Source: Ostrea edulis | Taxonomy: Eukaryota | Assembly (NCBI RefSeq): GCF_947568905.1 | Contig: NC_079168.1 | Coordinates: forward strand, 82,584,001-82,648,000 | DNA: 64,000 bases | Direction of reading: 5' to 3' | Part shown: positions 38,239 through 53,500 of the stretch, in pieces | Layout of the letters: the number at the start of each line of letters is the position of its first letter | Numbering within the stretch: the stretch's first letter is position 1 | Program-made: the position numbers and the translations under genes | Notes under the pieces: model-generated | The model's database searches: none | The model's input: the letters and a program-made list of their open reading frames with translations, nothing else | What the model was told of the DNA's origin: nothing

Positions 38239-40740
38239 CTAATGTGCCCCAAGAAATAAGCTGATCAAATAAATATGGTCAATCACAGAACTATAGTCAG
38301 TAGTAACACATGTGGGCAAGTATCTAAGACCAAACTGTTCAAACATAAAAGACCGAAACAGTGAAGTTGCTTGCGCATCAATGTTGAGATCACTTATTAT
38401 CACATGAGGTTTTTCTAGCAAATCAGATCCAAGTAAAATTCTTAGAATTTCTTGTGCACATGAAGTAGAAGTTTTGGGTGGCAAATGTAAGCACTTTAGA
38501 GTAATCCATCTTTGGCCCAAAGCAACTTCAGCAGAAAGTACCTGTGTAGATTCATACATGTTTTTCTGTAAATTCTGGATCAAGACACCATTCTTCACAT
38601 AAATAGCCAATCCATATACTGGTCTTTGCAGACTTTGACAAGGGTAATCAAAGCGATGCAGCTGAAAACCTGGCAATGAAAAATGTTCATTTTTGTCCGA
38701 TTCAATGAAACGCGTTTCAGCCACTGCAATGAATTCTGAAAATAGCAAATTAAAGTCTTTTTCCAAATCAAGAAAATGACGGTGGAGAGATCTTATGTTT
38801 AAGAAAAGAATTCTTGCAGCTGCATTAGCATGATTTTCAAGAGATTCATAACATAAGCTTATCTTTGCTTCATTTCGAAGTCGATTCATTTCTTCAAGAA
38901 CAGCTGTTGAAACCGATATCTTTTTTTCGTTCAAGTCCAAAATATGCAATTTGTCCATCTTTGTGATTCTGCTTAAACCAACATAATGTATATGTTCCAT
39001 TTTCCTTGTTCCACAATGAACAACAGCACTCTGTAATGTAGAACCTTGAGCTTTGTGAATAGTTTTTGCTGCTGCAAGTTGCAAAGGAAATTGTCTCCTT
39101 TTCACCTGAAAGGTTCCATTGAACTGTACTTTCAACATTCTTGTTATTTCTAAAATAGGTGTCCAACTCTTTTTAATGCTTGAATGATAAAATCTTGCAT
39201 ATTCAATTCGCAATTTCTGCCCAATTTTCTCCTCTTCAAATTTCAACCCATATAATACTGACTCTGTTAGATCCTTCCACAAGATATTCAAAACGTTTTA
39301 TTATGCAAGCGGATCCATTTGTTACGCCATCCTGAACACTCACGTTGTTTGTAATTTCAGCAGGGACATTCAAAACTAGTTTTAACTTGCTAGCTAACCC
39401 CATTGTTTTTGTGCTGTCATCTGGAACTCGCAACAAAATCTACAACTTCAACAACAATTTTTAAATGTTCTGCTGCTGCATTAAATACAGAGCAATTGAA
39501 TGTTTCAACTTATTTCCTAGTTGTAAACAAATGTGGTATACCTTTGTACTCAGACTTTTCGACCGTCATGTTTTTTTTTTTTAATTCTTCAAAATCCTCA
39601 TCTGCATGGTAACCTTCTCTCAACCTGTTCAGCAATTCTGCAAAACTTTTATCGTCCTTCTGTCTCATGATTTGTGTTAATTCAAACATCTTGAAATTGT
39701 CTTTCCATAAGTTTTATGCAATGGGCCCATAATCAACATTTGGCTGAGAGAAAATCAGCCTATCCATCACCGGTTTCAATTGAAAAAGGTCACCCACAGC
39801 AATAATACTTATACCTCCAAATGGTGCCCTGACTCCTGTTATTTCTTGTAACCTTAGGTTTATGAAATTAAACATACCACATCCAACCATTGATATTTCA
39901 TCAATGAAAATAACTTAAATGCATATACTTTGTGCGAAAGGGACTTAGCTGCTGCATATCCAATGGTTTGTATTTGAATCCTTGTCCTACAGGTAAACAG
40001 AAAGCTGAATGTATGGTTGACCCATTAATGTTATGAGCTGCTTTTCCTGTAGGACATGCAAATTGTTTGGTGAATTGTGCAATTTGTGTGAAAAGTATTT
40101 GTACAAGGCTTGATATAGAGCTCTGGTGACAATACTTTTCCCAACACCAGCTCCTCCACTGAGAAATGCGAATAATGGTTCAGAACAAGTTTCAATCTAT
40201 GCAAGACATGGTACATAAATTGTTTTTGTTGTTCATTTAATCCTCTCAACATTTCCCTGAAAGCACTATCTTTCAGTTCTCCCCACTGAGTAAGATCTTC
40301 TTCCACCTGCTTTCTATTGATACCAAGGTCTAATCCAACGTCATACACTGGGGCATTTTGTCCAGGATCAAAACAACCATATTGCTGAGATATCGTTTCT
40401 CCCAAGTTTCTGTCAATTTCTTCCTGATGCTCATTTTCAGGTGCAACATTACTCATACACATTTCATCTGCGATATTGTTCAGACATGCTTGTTCAATGT
40501 CATGAAGAAGTTCTTGATTGTGTTCATATTCTGCTCTTTTCTTTTGGATGAAGCTACATCTTGCCAGGTAACTTTCTTCAAAAGAACCAAATTTTTTTTA
40601 TCAAATCCTTCTCCTCATTTCGCCAATGAGTAAAAAGCATTAGAAGCTCTCTGTAAAATTTCTCCGACTCTGTTTCGACATCAAAGTGAACCCAACGTAA
40701 TATACATGGTTTCCTCCTTAGCACAATTTCTGTGTCATTC
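38239..40740 (-). pseudogene. Helentron RepHel C-terminal part: Pif1 helicase + APE endonuclease, frameshifted
   Basis: RELLMLFTHWRNEE, GGAGVGKS (Walker A), QFPLQLAAAKTIHKAQG, YVGLSR; then LNIRSL..AVAETR..GLAIY..ISDLN..IDHIY. Confidence 0.9.
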
Positions 40741-40823
40741 TTATGCCTCGTTCACACGGATGCGCATTAAATTTTACTTCGCATCAAATTTGATGCGAAG
40801 TAAAATAATGCGCATTAAATTAA

Positions 40824-43800
40824 GAGGCCGTCCACGGAGATATCAGGCAGTAGCTATAATACGGCTGGCACATGCAATTCCCCAAAATTTTATTCATACC
40901 CAATAAAAGTTAAGGTCATACGCCAATTTTATCGTATGTAAAGTGAATTTCACAAAAAACATTGTTAGATGCCAAAACTTAGATGCCTATTTCATAAATT
41001 CGAGGACACTATATAATCTATAGAAAATAATCATTTTGTAAAGTTAAATAATACCCAATACAATAAAATTTGTCCAGAAAGTATAAACAATATTTGAAGG
41101 AAATTCCTTAATAATTAAGATGAAACAATAAAATTGCTGGGAAACAATGCTGTTGTTGAGCATTTACTGACAGAAGTAGCCAAAAGGCCAGTAAATTGAG
41201 TTACCTCCCTTGGCGTAAAAAATGTAAAATGATCCGAAACTTGCATAAATTGTAATTTTCGAAGAAAACAGTATTTATTTAGAACATTTTTCACTTATCT
41301 CGATTTTTTTTATCAAGTGTAAACGTGGAATTAATTTTTTTTTTAATTTGATGGTGAAAAATAAATATTCAGCCCGGACCTTATCAAAGTTTCGTGGGTA
41401 AACAGATATGGCTGATAAGTAATAGAAACGTGAAGTTTTTCTAGGAGTGGTCCTTATTTTAGGGACTTGTCAATCCTTAATAATTGTTCAAAAGACATAA
41501 GTGGATATTCAAGATATTTTAAAGTTGGAACTGCGTGTAATATTCAACCGAGATTGACCCCCTGCTGTACAGATCGGGGTACTTCGAATTCGACGTAAAA
41601 GTTTAACTGTTTAAACTATCGTGCACGGTGCAGATGCTTACTAGTATGCCGAGGTCATTGCGATTCTTTTGGGATTTACTGGAGGCAACCACCACCAAAT
41701 GTTGTTATCTACTACACAAAGGAAATTGTAAAGCAGACAGAGCAGTAAACTTCAATGTTTCAAGGGAAATATTTGTTCCCGTTGGAAGTGGTAAGTATAA
41801 ATGTTGAATCTTCTCTGTTATTTTTTTTTGAAAACTGTCTTTGATTGCTAGACAATTTTGATGCAAGTTCTCATGATGTGTCAATGCAAACAATTCATTT
41901 GATGAAATGATTCTTTTTAAAATAATAATGATTAAAATGATAAATCCCCACAGTAAAAAAAACCATTAAATCAATCTGGGGGGGGGGGTGTGTGTTAATA
42001 TAGGGATTTTTAAAATCTGTACTACAACACAATGTTTATCCACAAATCATTGAATTAAGAAACAATAGAATCACACAAAAACAAGATGAAAGTGGTGAAA
42101 AGTGTTTATTGTCCTGCAAGCTATGTACATATCAGCATGCATGCATAAAAAATAATATATATTAAAATTATATCTGATTATTTTTGACTGATTTTTTTTT
42201 TACTGGCAATATCTGTCTGGAACTTGCTCATGTTAGTAATAAGGCTCTCATATTTTTATTCCTTATTATTTTGGCACACTGATTTTGACTACGGATAACT
42301 CCATTTACCTGATCAGGATATGGGGCTCACGGCGGGTGTGACCGGTCAACAGGGGATGCTTACTCCTCCTAGGCACCTGATCCCACCTCTGGTGTGTCCA
42401 GGGGTCCCTGTTTGCCCAACTATCTATTTTGTATTGCTTGTAGGAGTTATGAGATTGATCACTGTTCGTTATCTTCACCTTGCATAATAAGACATTTCTT
42501 TTGATATCAATTTTTTTTTTTTTTACTTTTGTGCTTGGCCTACTTTTAACAAAATATAACCTACAGTAGGCAATTCTCCTGAACTATATATAAGGTAGTC
42601 TAGCCTTTTATGTTTAGTATTTAGATATCTTGTGGCAAGAACTTTCATTTGATACCATGCTGTTTGATATTGTGACCTTGGTTTTGAAGTTTAACCCAGA
42701 TTTTATTATATTGATATTTTACATAAAGATATACAAAATATGTATATTCTTTATTACCAGACTTTTAATTTAGTACCTGACCTTAGTCTTTAAAATAACA
42801 TGATTTTCAAAAACTTTAAATTGGTATATAGTTTCTCAGCCACTTTGGATTAGGCTTTGATATATATTTCACATATTATAGATTACTAATGAAAAGAGCT
42901 TTACTTTTGAACTTCTGACTTTGACCATGTTGACCTACTTTTGAAAAACATTCATTATTACCAGATCTGTTATATCTTGAGGGATAAGGTATTGGGTTAT
43001 TTTGTTTCACATGAAATGCCTAATGACCAGAATTTATTTTATATCATGACCTTTGACCTTGTGACTATATCAAACATATGATCTTGACTTTCTTAGTGCA
43101 TTGCTTACAGTGCTATTTAAACATGTTCATCATTTTATTTCCATTAATTTACACAACTGTTGTTATTTAGATCTCAGCTGAGTCCAAGATAGGAAGAGGC
43201 TTTGGAGAGAACACAGAATTACTACAGACAAAAGACTTGTGAAGTTATAAGGGGAATTGCAGAACTCATAGCTCCACTTCAATCTAGATATGTTGACAGT
43301 TATTTCACAGAAACACTTTGCAGCTGACAAAGATAATCAAATGATGACCACTACTTTAACTCTATGGTTGCAGCATATTTCAATTTTTGAAGTGACAAAT
43401 TTTATTCCTGTTTGTGAACCAATATTCAAAAGAAACACTGCTATGGCATTAGACATAAATTAGAAGAGAGTGGTGGGGTGGCAAAATAAGATTCCATACT
43501 GTGAAATGTATCAATTGTTAATATACATGTATCAATATAAATTCAGTGCCAATTTTCATAATTTCTAGGGGAAAAGTTTGTTTGTAACAGAAATATGCAC
43601 TAGCTCTTACTTTGCAAACCATGCTACTAAGTACCAGGCATTAAGACATGATTTGTTTATTGTCATTTGTTAAACAGAGACAGAGACAGTGATTTGAAAG
43701 GGGGGGGGGGGTCCAGAAAAATGATCTAAAATCTGCATTAGGTCATATCCGATGAATTGATAAAGTAAATATGTTTATTATTGATTGCTAGTTACATATA

Positions 43801-45035
43801 ACCTTTTATGCATCAGCTGAAGATACTTTATGAACATTTTCTGTCACTGGGTAAATTTCAACAAACATTTTGTGTATCTGGAAGTGGTCAATATATATTT
43901 CAGCATCAGAGTAAACATGCATTAAAGCAAGTCTGCCAATCTGATGTAGGCAGAAAATGGAATATGGCATGTTATTTCATGAATGCAAAGGGAAATGCTT
44001 TACAAGAGAGTCAAAAAATTTCTGGTTAATGATAAATAACTATCTAGATGTCCCAGAGAAAAGGAGAGGGTGTTTTCTACCCCTCCCCCCCCCCACCCCC
44101 TCGGGATCTGCCAATGTCAAGTTTGTAATGTGAGTGAATGAATTTAGATTCTTAATTTATTAAAATTTGATTTACTGATAATTTTAACTTCATATATGTG
44201 TGTTAATTAATTGACTATTATCTCAAATCCTGTGTCAGAAATGACCTCTAAAAATCAACATTGTAAAATTTTATACAATGAATTACATAAGCATTTTTTT
44301 TTTGCCTTTATTATATAGAATGTATACAAAGACATGAAATTTATTTCTGAATGTTCATATGTTCTAGTAATTTTTCATGAATTTTAATCATTTAATCATT
44401 GATTTGTTATATCTACTTCATATTTATTTCTATTTATGTAGTTCAACAATCATCATTTAAGTAGTTGACCTTTTTGCACTTATTGAAAATTTTTAGATTT
44501 CAGTTCAACTTTTCACCATCAAACCTCGCTTTTCCCACTGAATTTATTTTTGTAACTTGAAATACACCTCTTCAAGTTTCTGGTTATACATAATCTATTT
44601 CTTTTGAGACATTGTATTGGGTTTTGTGAGATCTTATATTTTGATCATTATTTTGTAAAATATATTGGTGTGAAATATGTGCAATTTTAACAATTAATAA
44701 ATTCATTCATTGGATGAATATACACACAAAAACCCTCTTAGTTATTGCATATAGTGTATATCTAACATATAAAATATTGCTTTTCTCTATTTTTTAGTTA
44801 TATGACATTTTAGAGCTGTTCAAACATAGCACTTTTTTCCAATATTTCGTGACCTTTTTGAACCGAAAATTATCTCAAAGTTGTTTTTCCATGTTGAACC
44901 CAAACTAAACATGATAGAAACTTTTTATTTGGCAAATTTCATATTGGGGTCAGTAGGAACCTGTGCACAAAGTTTCATGAAAATCTGAGAGATAGCATGT
45001 GCCGACCTCTGCCTGATATCATAATGGACACCCTC
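40824..45035. mobile_element. Kolobok-type non-autonomous element nested in the Harbinger MITE
   Basis: TTAA at 40820-23 and 45036-39; imperfect TIR GAGG..GTCCA...GATATCAGGCAG with purine-purine termini; no intact ORF. Confidence 0.7.
42305..42485. repeat. Interspersed ~180-bp repeat, copy 2
   Basis: Nearly identical to 33092-33268. Confidence 0.8.
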
Positions 45036-45929
45036 TTAATTCGAATAAAATAGCGTTCACACGGCGGTAATATTTAATGCGAAGTAAACTAATGCGCATC
45101 AAATTCATATGCATATCTATTAAAGGGTGCGCGAAATAAATTAAAGAATAGAGTATGTTATTGAAAATTATTTTTATAGATATTTTAATGAATATTGTGT
45201 AGGTACAGAATTCTTTGTTCAAAACGCTATATACATGTAGTATATACTATATGTTTACAATTTACATGCTGATCTACACATAAGGAGTTTTGTCGTGTTT
45301 ATTTATATGTCCCCAAGAAATTACTTGTTATATTTCCTCTGACGACCAGCATTCACTCTAGACAATATATTGTTTCTTCATGGACCCAATTTAAAAACTT
45401 CGGAAAGTCTTTTTCACCATTCCGCTGACTACTGTTATGACGTAATTTTTAATTACTAATACGTATTATAAGTCTACTATGACGTCATATGGTATAAAAA
45501 TTAACAATGAGCGGCATATTTGTTTTTAAAAATGTAAAAAAAAAGAAATCATATCACTATTTTAAAACATTGTTGTCGTATTTAAAAACAATTCCTTCCA
45601 CATGTATTACTCAGTATGCCTATGCAGAGCACAAATTTACTTCTGACATTATCTAATGACATGCTGTTTGTACATGTTTTTAGTGATTATTATCATTTTG
45701 CTTAGTTTTTCGTACAAAACTAACATTAATATATATAGCTGACCATGGGTATGATGCATGTGACCCAAATTGGCCATTACGCATACGTCTACATTTAATT
45801 CGAATTAGCTTCGCTTAGCGTTCACACGGAGCTAATGCGAAGTAAATTTAATTCGCATTAAATCGCGACGTCAATTTTAATTCGAAGTAAACTAATGCGC
45901 ATTAAAATCTCCGTGTGAACGAGGCATTA

Positions 45930-47356
45930 AATACATAGCTATGTTGCAAAACATCCTCTTCCAAGGAGCACTCAATGTCATCAGAAGTGTCCTCAACATA
46001 CTCGGTTTCCAGCAAATTATGATTAATCTGGGCTTCATTTCCAGTTTTTTTCACTTTATATTTAACAGAAAATTTTGAGACAAAATCTGCAAAGCACACA
46101 TTTTCAATATCTTTTGGTCTTTGTCGATAAAGTCCAACAATGTTGTTCGACTCAATATCAGTTCTATTTTCTTTCATTTCTTCTAAAACATGTCTTGGTT
46201 TCAACATAACAACTCTGTCTTCAGGGGGGTGGGTATCAATGAACATAAATGATCTTGAAGTCCTTCGCAAAGGCATCTGTAATACAAGGTAGGCAGCCTC
46301 TTTAGGACCTACTTCCACATGAGTCAAAAACTGGTTTCCAATTCGTCTTACTTGCTGACGTATTTCAGAATCGGAGGGCCTAGCTTCTTCACATGCTTGA
46401 TGTAGTAAATTAGACATCCTTCTCTGTCCTTTGGAAACATAAGAGACTATATAAGCAGCACAGGCATAAGGATCTAAAATGAACTGCATGTCCATGTTGG
46501 CTAACCAACTTTTAAGCAGTGTGCAATTATAGGCATTGACTCTACTCTCATTGGGATTTCTCTTGAGGAAAATCTTCTTCTGCTTTATAGAAGACCTAAC
46601 TGCTAGTATGTAAGTCTCTAAATTCATGTCAAGTTTGTTAAAAAAAACTGTCAAATGTAAAGTTCGAATCTCTGTTTTCTTTGGAATCGAGAAATGTGCA
46701 CACCCTTTGATAATCTTTCTGGGCTGCTGGTACTTGATCTTCATTTTCAAGTGGACATAAAACTGTTGTGTACGGCATTGGAGGAATTGGAAAATTAAAT
46801 CGACAAATAGGTTTATTTCTTTTCATGCAAGTTCTAGCGTGCCTGTGAATTTGATAATTAATGAGAAATGACTCAACTTGCTCTTTCCTGCATGTCAAAT
46901 ATTTGTCAACAAATTCAGAAATTTCTCCATATGTATTTGACTTTGCTGATGGTGCATTTTTAATCCAAAGAAGCATATGAACATGTGGTGAACCCCTCTG
47001 TTGAAACTCTATTCTATAAAAGAAATCTACAATTTCTCCTACAGGGTGTGTTTTATGACACAAGATTTCATGGTAAAACCTTTGAAACCTGTAGTCAAAA
47101 TAGTGTGCACATGTAACAGGATCAGCTTTGATAAGTTTGCATTTTTCTTCCCATGACATCTTCAAAACATCTTCCTCTGTATATTCAACCTTATTGATCA
47201 ACTTCCCAAACGTTATAAGTAAAGGGGTCCACTTTGTCTCAGCTGCTGAAAAAGAGCAAAACCAAGTAGGAAGACCCAGTTGTCTAATCATACCAAATAT
47301 GTCTTTCTTTGCCTTCTCCCAGTAAGGTGGAGAACCTCGGAGATTACGCAAGACGT
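45930..47356 (-). pseudogene. Helentron Rep (HUH) domain segment, one frameshift near 46700
   Basis: RGSPPYW, PTWFCSFS (motif 1), EFQQRGSPHVHMLLW (HUH), QIHRHARTC..CRFNFP, YIVSYVSK (catalytic Tyr motif). Confidence 0.92.
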
Positions 47357-47537
47357 GGTATCCCTCCATCGTCGCAAACCACGGTTTTGAGTCCACTCAC
47401 GCTCCCTCATACCCGTGGTTGTCTGATGCTATTTTTGCTCGTTTCTCATTAGTTATGCATGACGGGGGTAACCAATCAAATCACGTCCGAGTAAACTTTA
47501 CTCGGAGAGCCCGACCAATCACGTAACACCTTTCAAA

Positions 47538-50500
47538 ATGATATTCGGAAAACAATCAAGTATGGAAGCGCCATTATTGACGAAAGTCGGAGAAGTTTTT
47601 GAAGTGGAAAAGCTAAGTGCTCAACAAGAAAAGGCAATTAGTAGTCTTTTAGATAATCGGGATGTGTTCCTCTCCCTGAGAACTGGTGGTGGAAAATCAC
47701 TCTGTTACATGGCATTTCCTTTGTTTTACGAGCGTATGTACCAACCACAACTTGCACACGTACTTATTGTTAGTCCCCTCCTTGCTATTATGAAGGAACA
47801 GACTGAATTTTTGAAATCAAAAGGATTTACAGCAACCTACATTGGTAAAGATGCGAACGAGGACGATGGGATCCTTGCTGGTGAATACCAATTTCTCTTC
47901 ACTTCACCAGAAGCTGTTTTACAGAATGACAAATGGCGGAATATGTTGTCATCATCCAAGTCCTTCCGATTATTTGTTGTTGATGAAGCCCATACTGTTG
48001 TTCATTGGTAGGTAAACCGTATATTTACTTATTTACAGAAAATAAATTTCAATATTGTGACGTAAATTATACGTGTAGATGTGTTGTTATATCCCGTTTT
48101 TTGTTCAATGCACTCCATATGAGAAAGAGTATAGGGAATATACCAAAATAGATTATACTATTTTGTTACTTACAGTTGAAAGAAATTTCCCATATTCACT
48201 ACAACGAACTTGAGATTAATGTTATTCACATCTGCATTTTGTTAAATTAGGGTCGTATGCAAAATGCCATTTTCACAGTATTGGTGATAATTCATACTTG
48301 CTAATGTTATAATGCATTCTACATCAATATATATGATTAAACCCATAACAAATATGACCAAATATTGACCAAATGGTACCTTTAACAAATCCAATGATAT
48401 ATAAAAGTCCCATGTTCTATTAAAAAAAAAATATTCAAGATATATAATTGAAAAAAGGGATATTTTGTGTGTTATGCTGTTGCAGCTCAAAAATGGCTTT
48501 ATTTTCAAGTTTTTGTTCAAAGAGATTTATAGAAGAGGCTTTTGGTAATAGAAACCAGATCAGTGAGAAATTATTCCACTTTTACGTGCAATTTACTGTA
48601 TGTAAATCAAAAAAATATTAGCGAAATAATGTTTAAATAAGTGAAAATGCCTGTACGTCTTGCAATTTTATAAAATTCCAATGTTTAAACTTACAAGAAA
48701 AAAAAACTACATGTTAATTCATTATTTCAACTTTTGTTTTGCATTGAAAATTGAGTTGAATACTAAATGAAACATTATAAAAAAGTTTGAGTGGATTATT
48801 CAAAGCCCAAAAAAATTACGCATTTTTCTCTAACTGGCATAAAAATGTCCCAAACATTCTGTAGTGTCCGCAACCTGTGCATATTTTGGAATGCCTGATG
48901 ACTTAAACTTCTATACTCTTACTGGTAAGAGGCAATACAGTTACTAATGTGTCTACCAAAGAAACAGACTTTAGCTCAGTATTGCTAAGTTTTCTGACAG
49001 ATATATTGTGTTTTGTAGTGTCAACAACCCTGTAGAGCCCGAAACAGCTTTTTGATTTCATAGATTTTTTCAAGAAAATGTATTATGATTTATCTTTATG
49101 ATAACTATAACTATTCAAGTATTTACTTTAAACATGTAATGGATTAAAATATTGTGAAAATATATGTTCAAACTCGGAATTTACACCCATAACATCTAGT
49201 GTATACATATTCAAATACTTTAGTATATTTGTAGTGTCCGCAACAATATAAAATTTGAGAGAAAACAAATAAGAGTTATCAGTATTCTTTAATTTATGAA
49301 ATTTAATCTATAAAATCATTCCTTAGAACATGTTTAATAGAATGAACATCTGTGACACCATCAATATTTTTTGAAACTGCATAACAATATATAATGAGGG
49401 AAAATTAATGGTCAATGTTATATGGTAATTCCCATTTAAAATAAAACCCATTCTACAACTTTTGATGTCTAATTTTCCAGAGTTGATCCTATGACACATG
49501 AATTAGTCGAGAAAGAAACATTTATCAACATTGATTTTAAAATAAATGACAATATATTAGATATGTAATGTATGATGACCTGTAGTGTCCGCAACAAAAA
49601 TATCTATGTATTTTCAAAATTTATGAAGAATGAAATGAAGACATACTGAATATTATGATAGATTAATTTGAATTTAGGAATATTCAATGTCATTTTCACA
49701 TGATAATCATATAGGTCTTATGAGTATTTGTAAACGTAAATAAACCTAAAAGATTGGAGACAAATTGGGCAAAAATATTAGTATGACATTGTTATGAAAA
49801 CATCACCAACCCACCCCCTCAAATGTTTATTCAACAGTTAAAATGAAGACTGATGAAACAATACTTAATATACTTACAGAAATTTTTACATCTTCCCCAA
49901 TTCAACAGTCATTTGTACATTATTTATTTAAAATAAATAACACAGACAATAATGACCAAATATTTTCAATCGACCAGTATTAACCAGTAATGACCGGTTT
50001 TAACCAGTATTGACCACCAGTACGGTCAATACTCATATTGACCACTTTTTTGCCAACCCTGTCAGAAATTACTTTAATTTCGATCAGATCAGTCATCATG
50101 ACTCATCACTGACAGGTGAACTAATAAGGCCCGTGGGCATCTTGGTTATTGAACAAATTAAAGGGAATGGGAAACAAATTCTAACAACTTACTAGTCCCA
50201 GGTCTCATTGCCCTTTATTGAAATAGTTAATTTCAACATACCATGGGTAGGGGTGGGTCCATAATAATCGGCTTGTGTGGCTCTTTTCTTATTTAATTAT
50301 ATTTCACCCCAGTTACCCCCCCCTCCCCATGTGAAACACAATTGTTCTCATTATTTGTAATTCTGTCAACAATTTACATGCAAATTTCTCTTTCATTTTC
50401 AATTCATTTCTAATTTCACTTTTGTTCACAGGGGAGAAAGTACAATGCATATCCAGGCTTTCAGGGAATGGTTTTCACGGACCGGGGAGATAAGATCATT

Positions 50501-51356
50501 GATCAGTTGTCCTGCCCTAGTGATCACAGCCACTGCTAGTAAGGAAGCAAGAAAATTAATTAGGAAACGACTTGCTCTAAACAACTGTGTAGACATTATT
50601 GACAGTCCAGATAGGGAAAACATAAAATTATTTCTGGAAAAGATTAAAAACACTGTGCCTATTGAAGTGACATTTGGTTGGTTACTAAAGGACTTGTCTC
50701 TTGAGAAAAAGGACTGTACCAGAACACTTGTATTTTGTTCAAGTATAAAAACTTGTGCAGACATATATACTGCATTTCTGATGGTGTTGGACAAGTCTGT
50801 TATGGAATATGTCAATATGTTTCATTCTTGTACATCTGAAACAGTGAAGGAAAAAATTAGACAGGACATGAATGATGAGAATGGGACAATACGAGTCTTA
50901 ATTGCTACAAGTGCAGCAGGTATGGGGGTGAATTATAAAGGCATCAACAATGTTGTACATTATGGTCCACCTAAAGATATGGACAGTTTCGTTCAACAGC
51001 TTGGGCGTGCTGGTCGTGATGGTTGTCAAGCTTTGCATCTGCTTATTTACAACAGCAGACACACACACAAACTTGATTCTGACATGAAAAATTACATTGA
51101 GAATAAAGATAAATGCCGTAGACTTCAAATGTTACAGTCATACGATTCTCTTCCAAATGGAAAAGGTATCAAGCATCTGTGTTGTGATATTTGCTCACAG
51201 AAATGTGATTGTGAAGACAAGTGTTGTTTACAGTTTCAGCACCCATTTCATTTATACAAAACTGATGATGATTCAAGTGATGAAAGTTTTTGTATGTCAG
51301 ATGACACAGATTTTGAGTTTGATGATGAGGATGATGATACATTTGATATAATGTAG
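47538..51356 (+). CDS. RecQ-like SF2 helicase of AcademH, two exons (47538-48007, 50432-51356), 464 aa
   Basis: LRTGGGKS, VSPLLAIM, VVDEAH, ITATA, ATSAAGMGVN, QQLGRAGRDG, CRR..CCDIC; phase-2 intron in frame. Confidence 0.88.
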
Positions 51357-53500
51357 AAATGAATTTCATTTTTGAAAAAGCAATGCTTCCTACTGACATG
51401 CTTCTTTAAACATTATACCACTTCATGAATGCCAGTTTGACATGTTTGAAGCATTGCAGTTCATACCCTCATGTAATTTCAAAAATGAAATTTATTTTTT
51501 ATGTATTGTAATTAAATTTCTGTCAAAATTCTCAGTCATTGAAATAGACATACCAGGTAATTATTATTTATCAAGATTTGTATGTGCAATGTTCACAACT
51601 TCAATACAATCTAGAGGAAATGGCTGTCATTGTAATTTGTATATATCCAAGATAAAAGCATTTCATTTCATGTAGCTACTTGTGTCAAGTTTTTTTTTTT
51701 TGGTTAAGGTTTTGGTATCAAGGGACTGAGACATTTGCTTGAAGTTGGGAATTTAACAGAATCATACCAACAAAAAAAAAGAGAATAGCTTCAATTTCAA
51801 AAAAAGTTACAAAGTTGTAAAATCCATCTGGATTTATAATAATATGTCTCATGAAATTGACTAAGTTCTTTTAACAAAAAAATATGCCTCTTGAAAAGTC
51901 TAAGTCTCTGAATTCCCTATTTAGAATGAACAAAGTTACAAAATCCACCTGGAGTTTGAAAAATACGCCTTGGGTTAAGGAGACGTATTTTTGTCAAAAT
52001 ACGTGTACGTCTCAAATTTAACCGTATTTTCAAAACTACGTAAAACTCTTGTACGCCTGGATTTCTTTGATTTCCAGGTGTAGTACGTCTAAAAATTTCA
52101 TACGGGTATTTATTAAAAAGTGCATCTTGCATTGTTGTTATTGGAAATGTTTATTTTTATATATAAGAATGAGGAAAATCAAATTTAGATAAATATTTAT
52201 GGCATTGAATTCTATGGGGGTGGGTATTATTATGTAATGTAAAAAAAATTTCTCAGATTTTGAAGTTGCTCCCATGCAATTAGATACTGTGTTATTTTTA
52301 ACCAAACATTCAACATTGTTGTTTCACACACATACACACCCGTTATAAAAGTCAACACATGTACATAAATTAAGGTAGATCGATCTTCATGAGATGTCAT
52401 CGATCATAGGTTTTTGAAAAAATATTTTATCAAATGAAACTTTGCGCATGATGGAGATATTTCTTTCAGAGAAATTTAATTGAACGGATAAAAAAAAATT
52501 GGTAAATTCTTGTTATGGATTTTTTTTTTCATTTTCAACCATCACACAAAGTTGGAACTACCTTAACAGAAATAAATAAAATGTGAAATTGCTTTCAAGA
52601 TTTCAGTTTCATTCAGCATGTTCAGTATGTTTGAATGATTGCACAAATTGAATCATACACTTTCTCTATGAAAACATGAAATAAAATTAATCATTTACCA
52701 CACATATCTGTAGAAAATTCTATTTTTCTAATTTTTACAAAGGGCAGATAACTTTGAAGTCTGAAGTGCATAAAGACTAGCTTCTAATCATTTACCAGAC
52801 ATGAAAATATATTCTACTTCAATTTCATCATTATTTAACAATAGATATTATTTTCAATTGATTTAAATCCTTCAAAATTGCTGATTATCCCTTCGTTTTA
52901 CATTGAATACATTAAAACACTAATTCTAATATCTTTTACATACTGGTATATTTCTGAAAGAGCAAACCTAATTATATACATAGGTAATAAAACTGGCATT
53001 CTTAAACAGTTGAGTTTAAGGCAGAGTCAAACTTTATTACTCCAAAGATTTTTTGTGAAAATGGCCATTGATACCGATAATTGTAACAAGCTTAAATACT
53101 TTCTCATATTTAACAGAAAACTGCCAAGTGAGAAAGAGACCTACAATGAATATTAACCATCTGGTGCTGTACCACTGAACTACATGTATCTGGTCTGGTA
53201 GTTGAATTGGTACATCCACCCTAAAAAAAATTCTAGTCTCAAAGATACTGTATATCAAACAAGATGCTATCATTATCTTACTGATTTCACAAAAAAATTC
53301 CGACTCCCATAATTATGTATTCAATGACAAATCTGATAAATCAGGCCTTCCTCTGTGAAATAAAGTGTAAAGTTCATGAAATTCTTTTCAAAGAAACAAC
53401 TTCATTGACATAAAATGATACCTATAGGGCACCTGTCATTAGGCGAGGCCTAACAAAGACCTACTACGATTACATAGACTACATTTTCACTGTCCATGTT

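Larger units (their letters stand above)
40744..45926. mobile_element. PIF/Harbinger-type non-autonomous element (about 1 kb without the nested insertion)
   Basis: TIR TGCCTCGTTCACACGGA at both ends; TTA TSD (40741-43, 45927-29); removal restores HSYVFKNDTEIVLRRKPCILRW in RepHel. Confidence 0.88.

Noticed and set aside
53037-53273. Short minus-strand ORF as a third AcademH gene
   Set aside because: No motif or consistent exon chain found.
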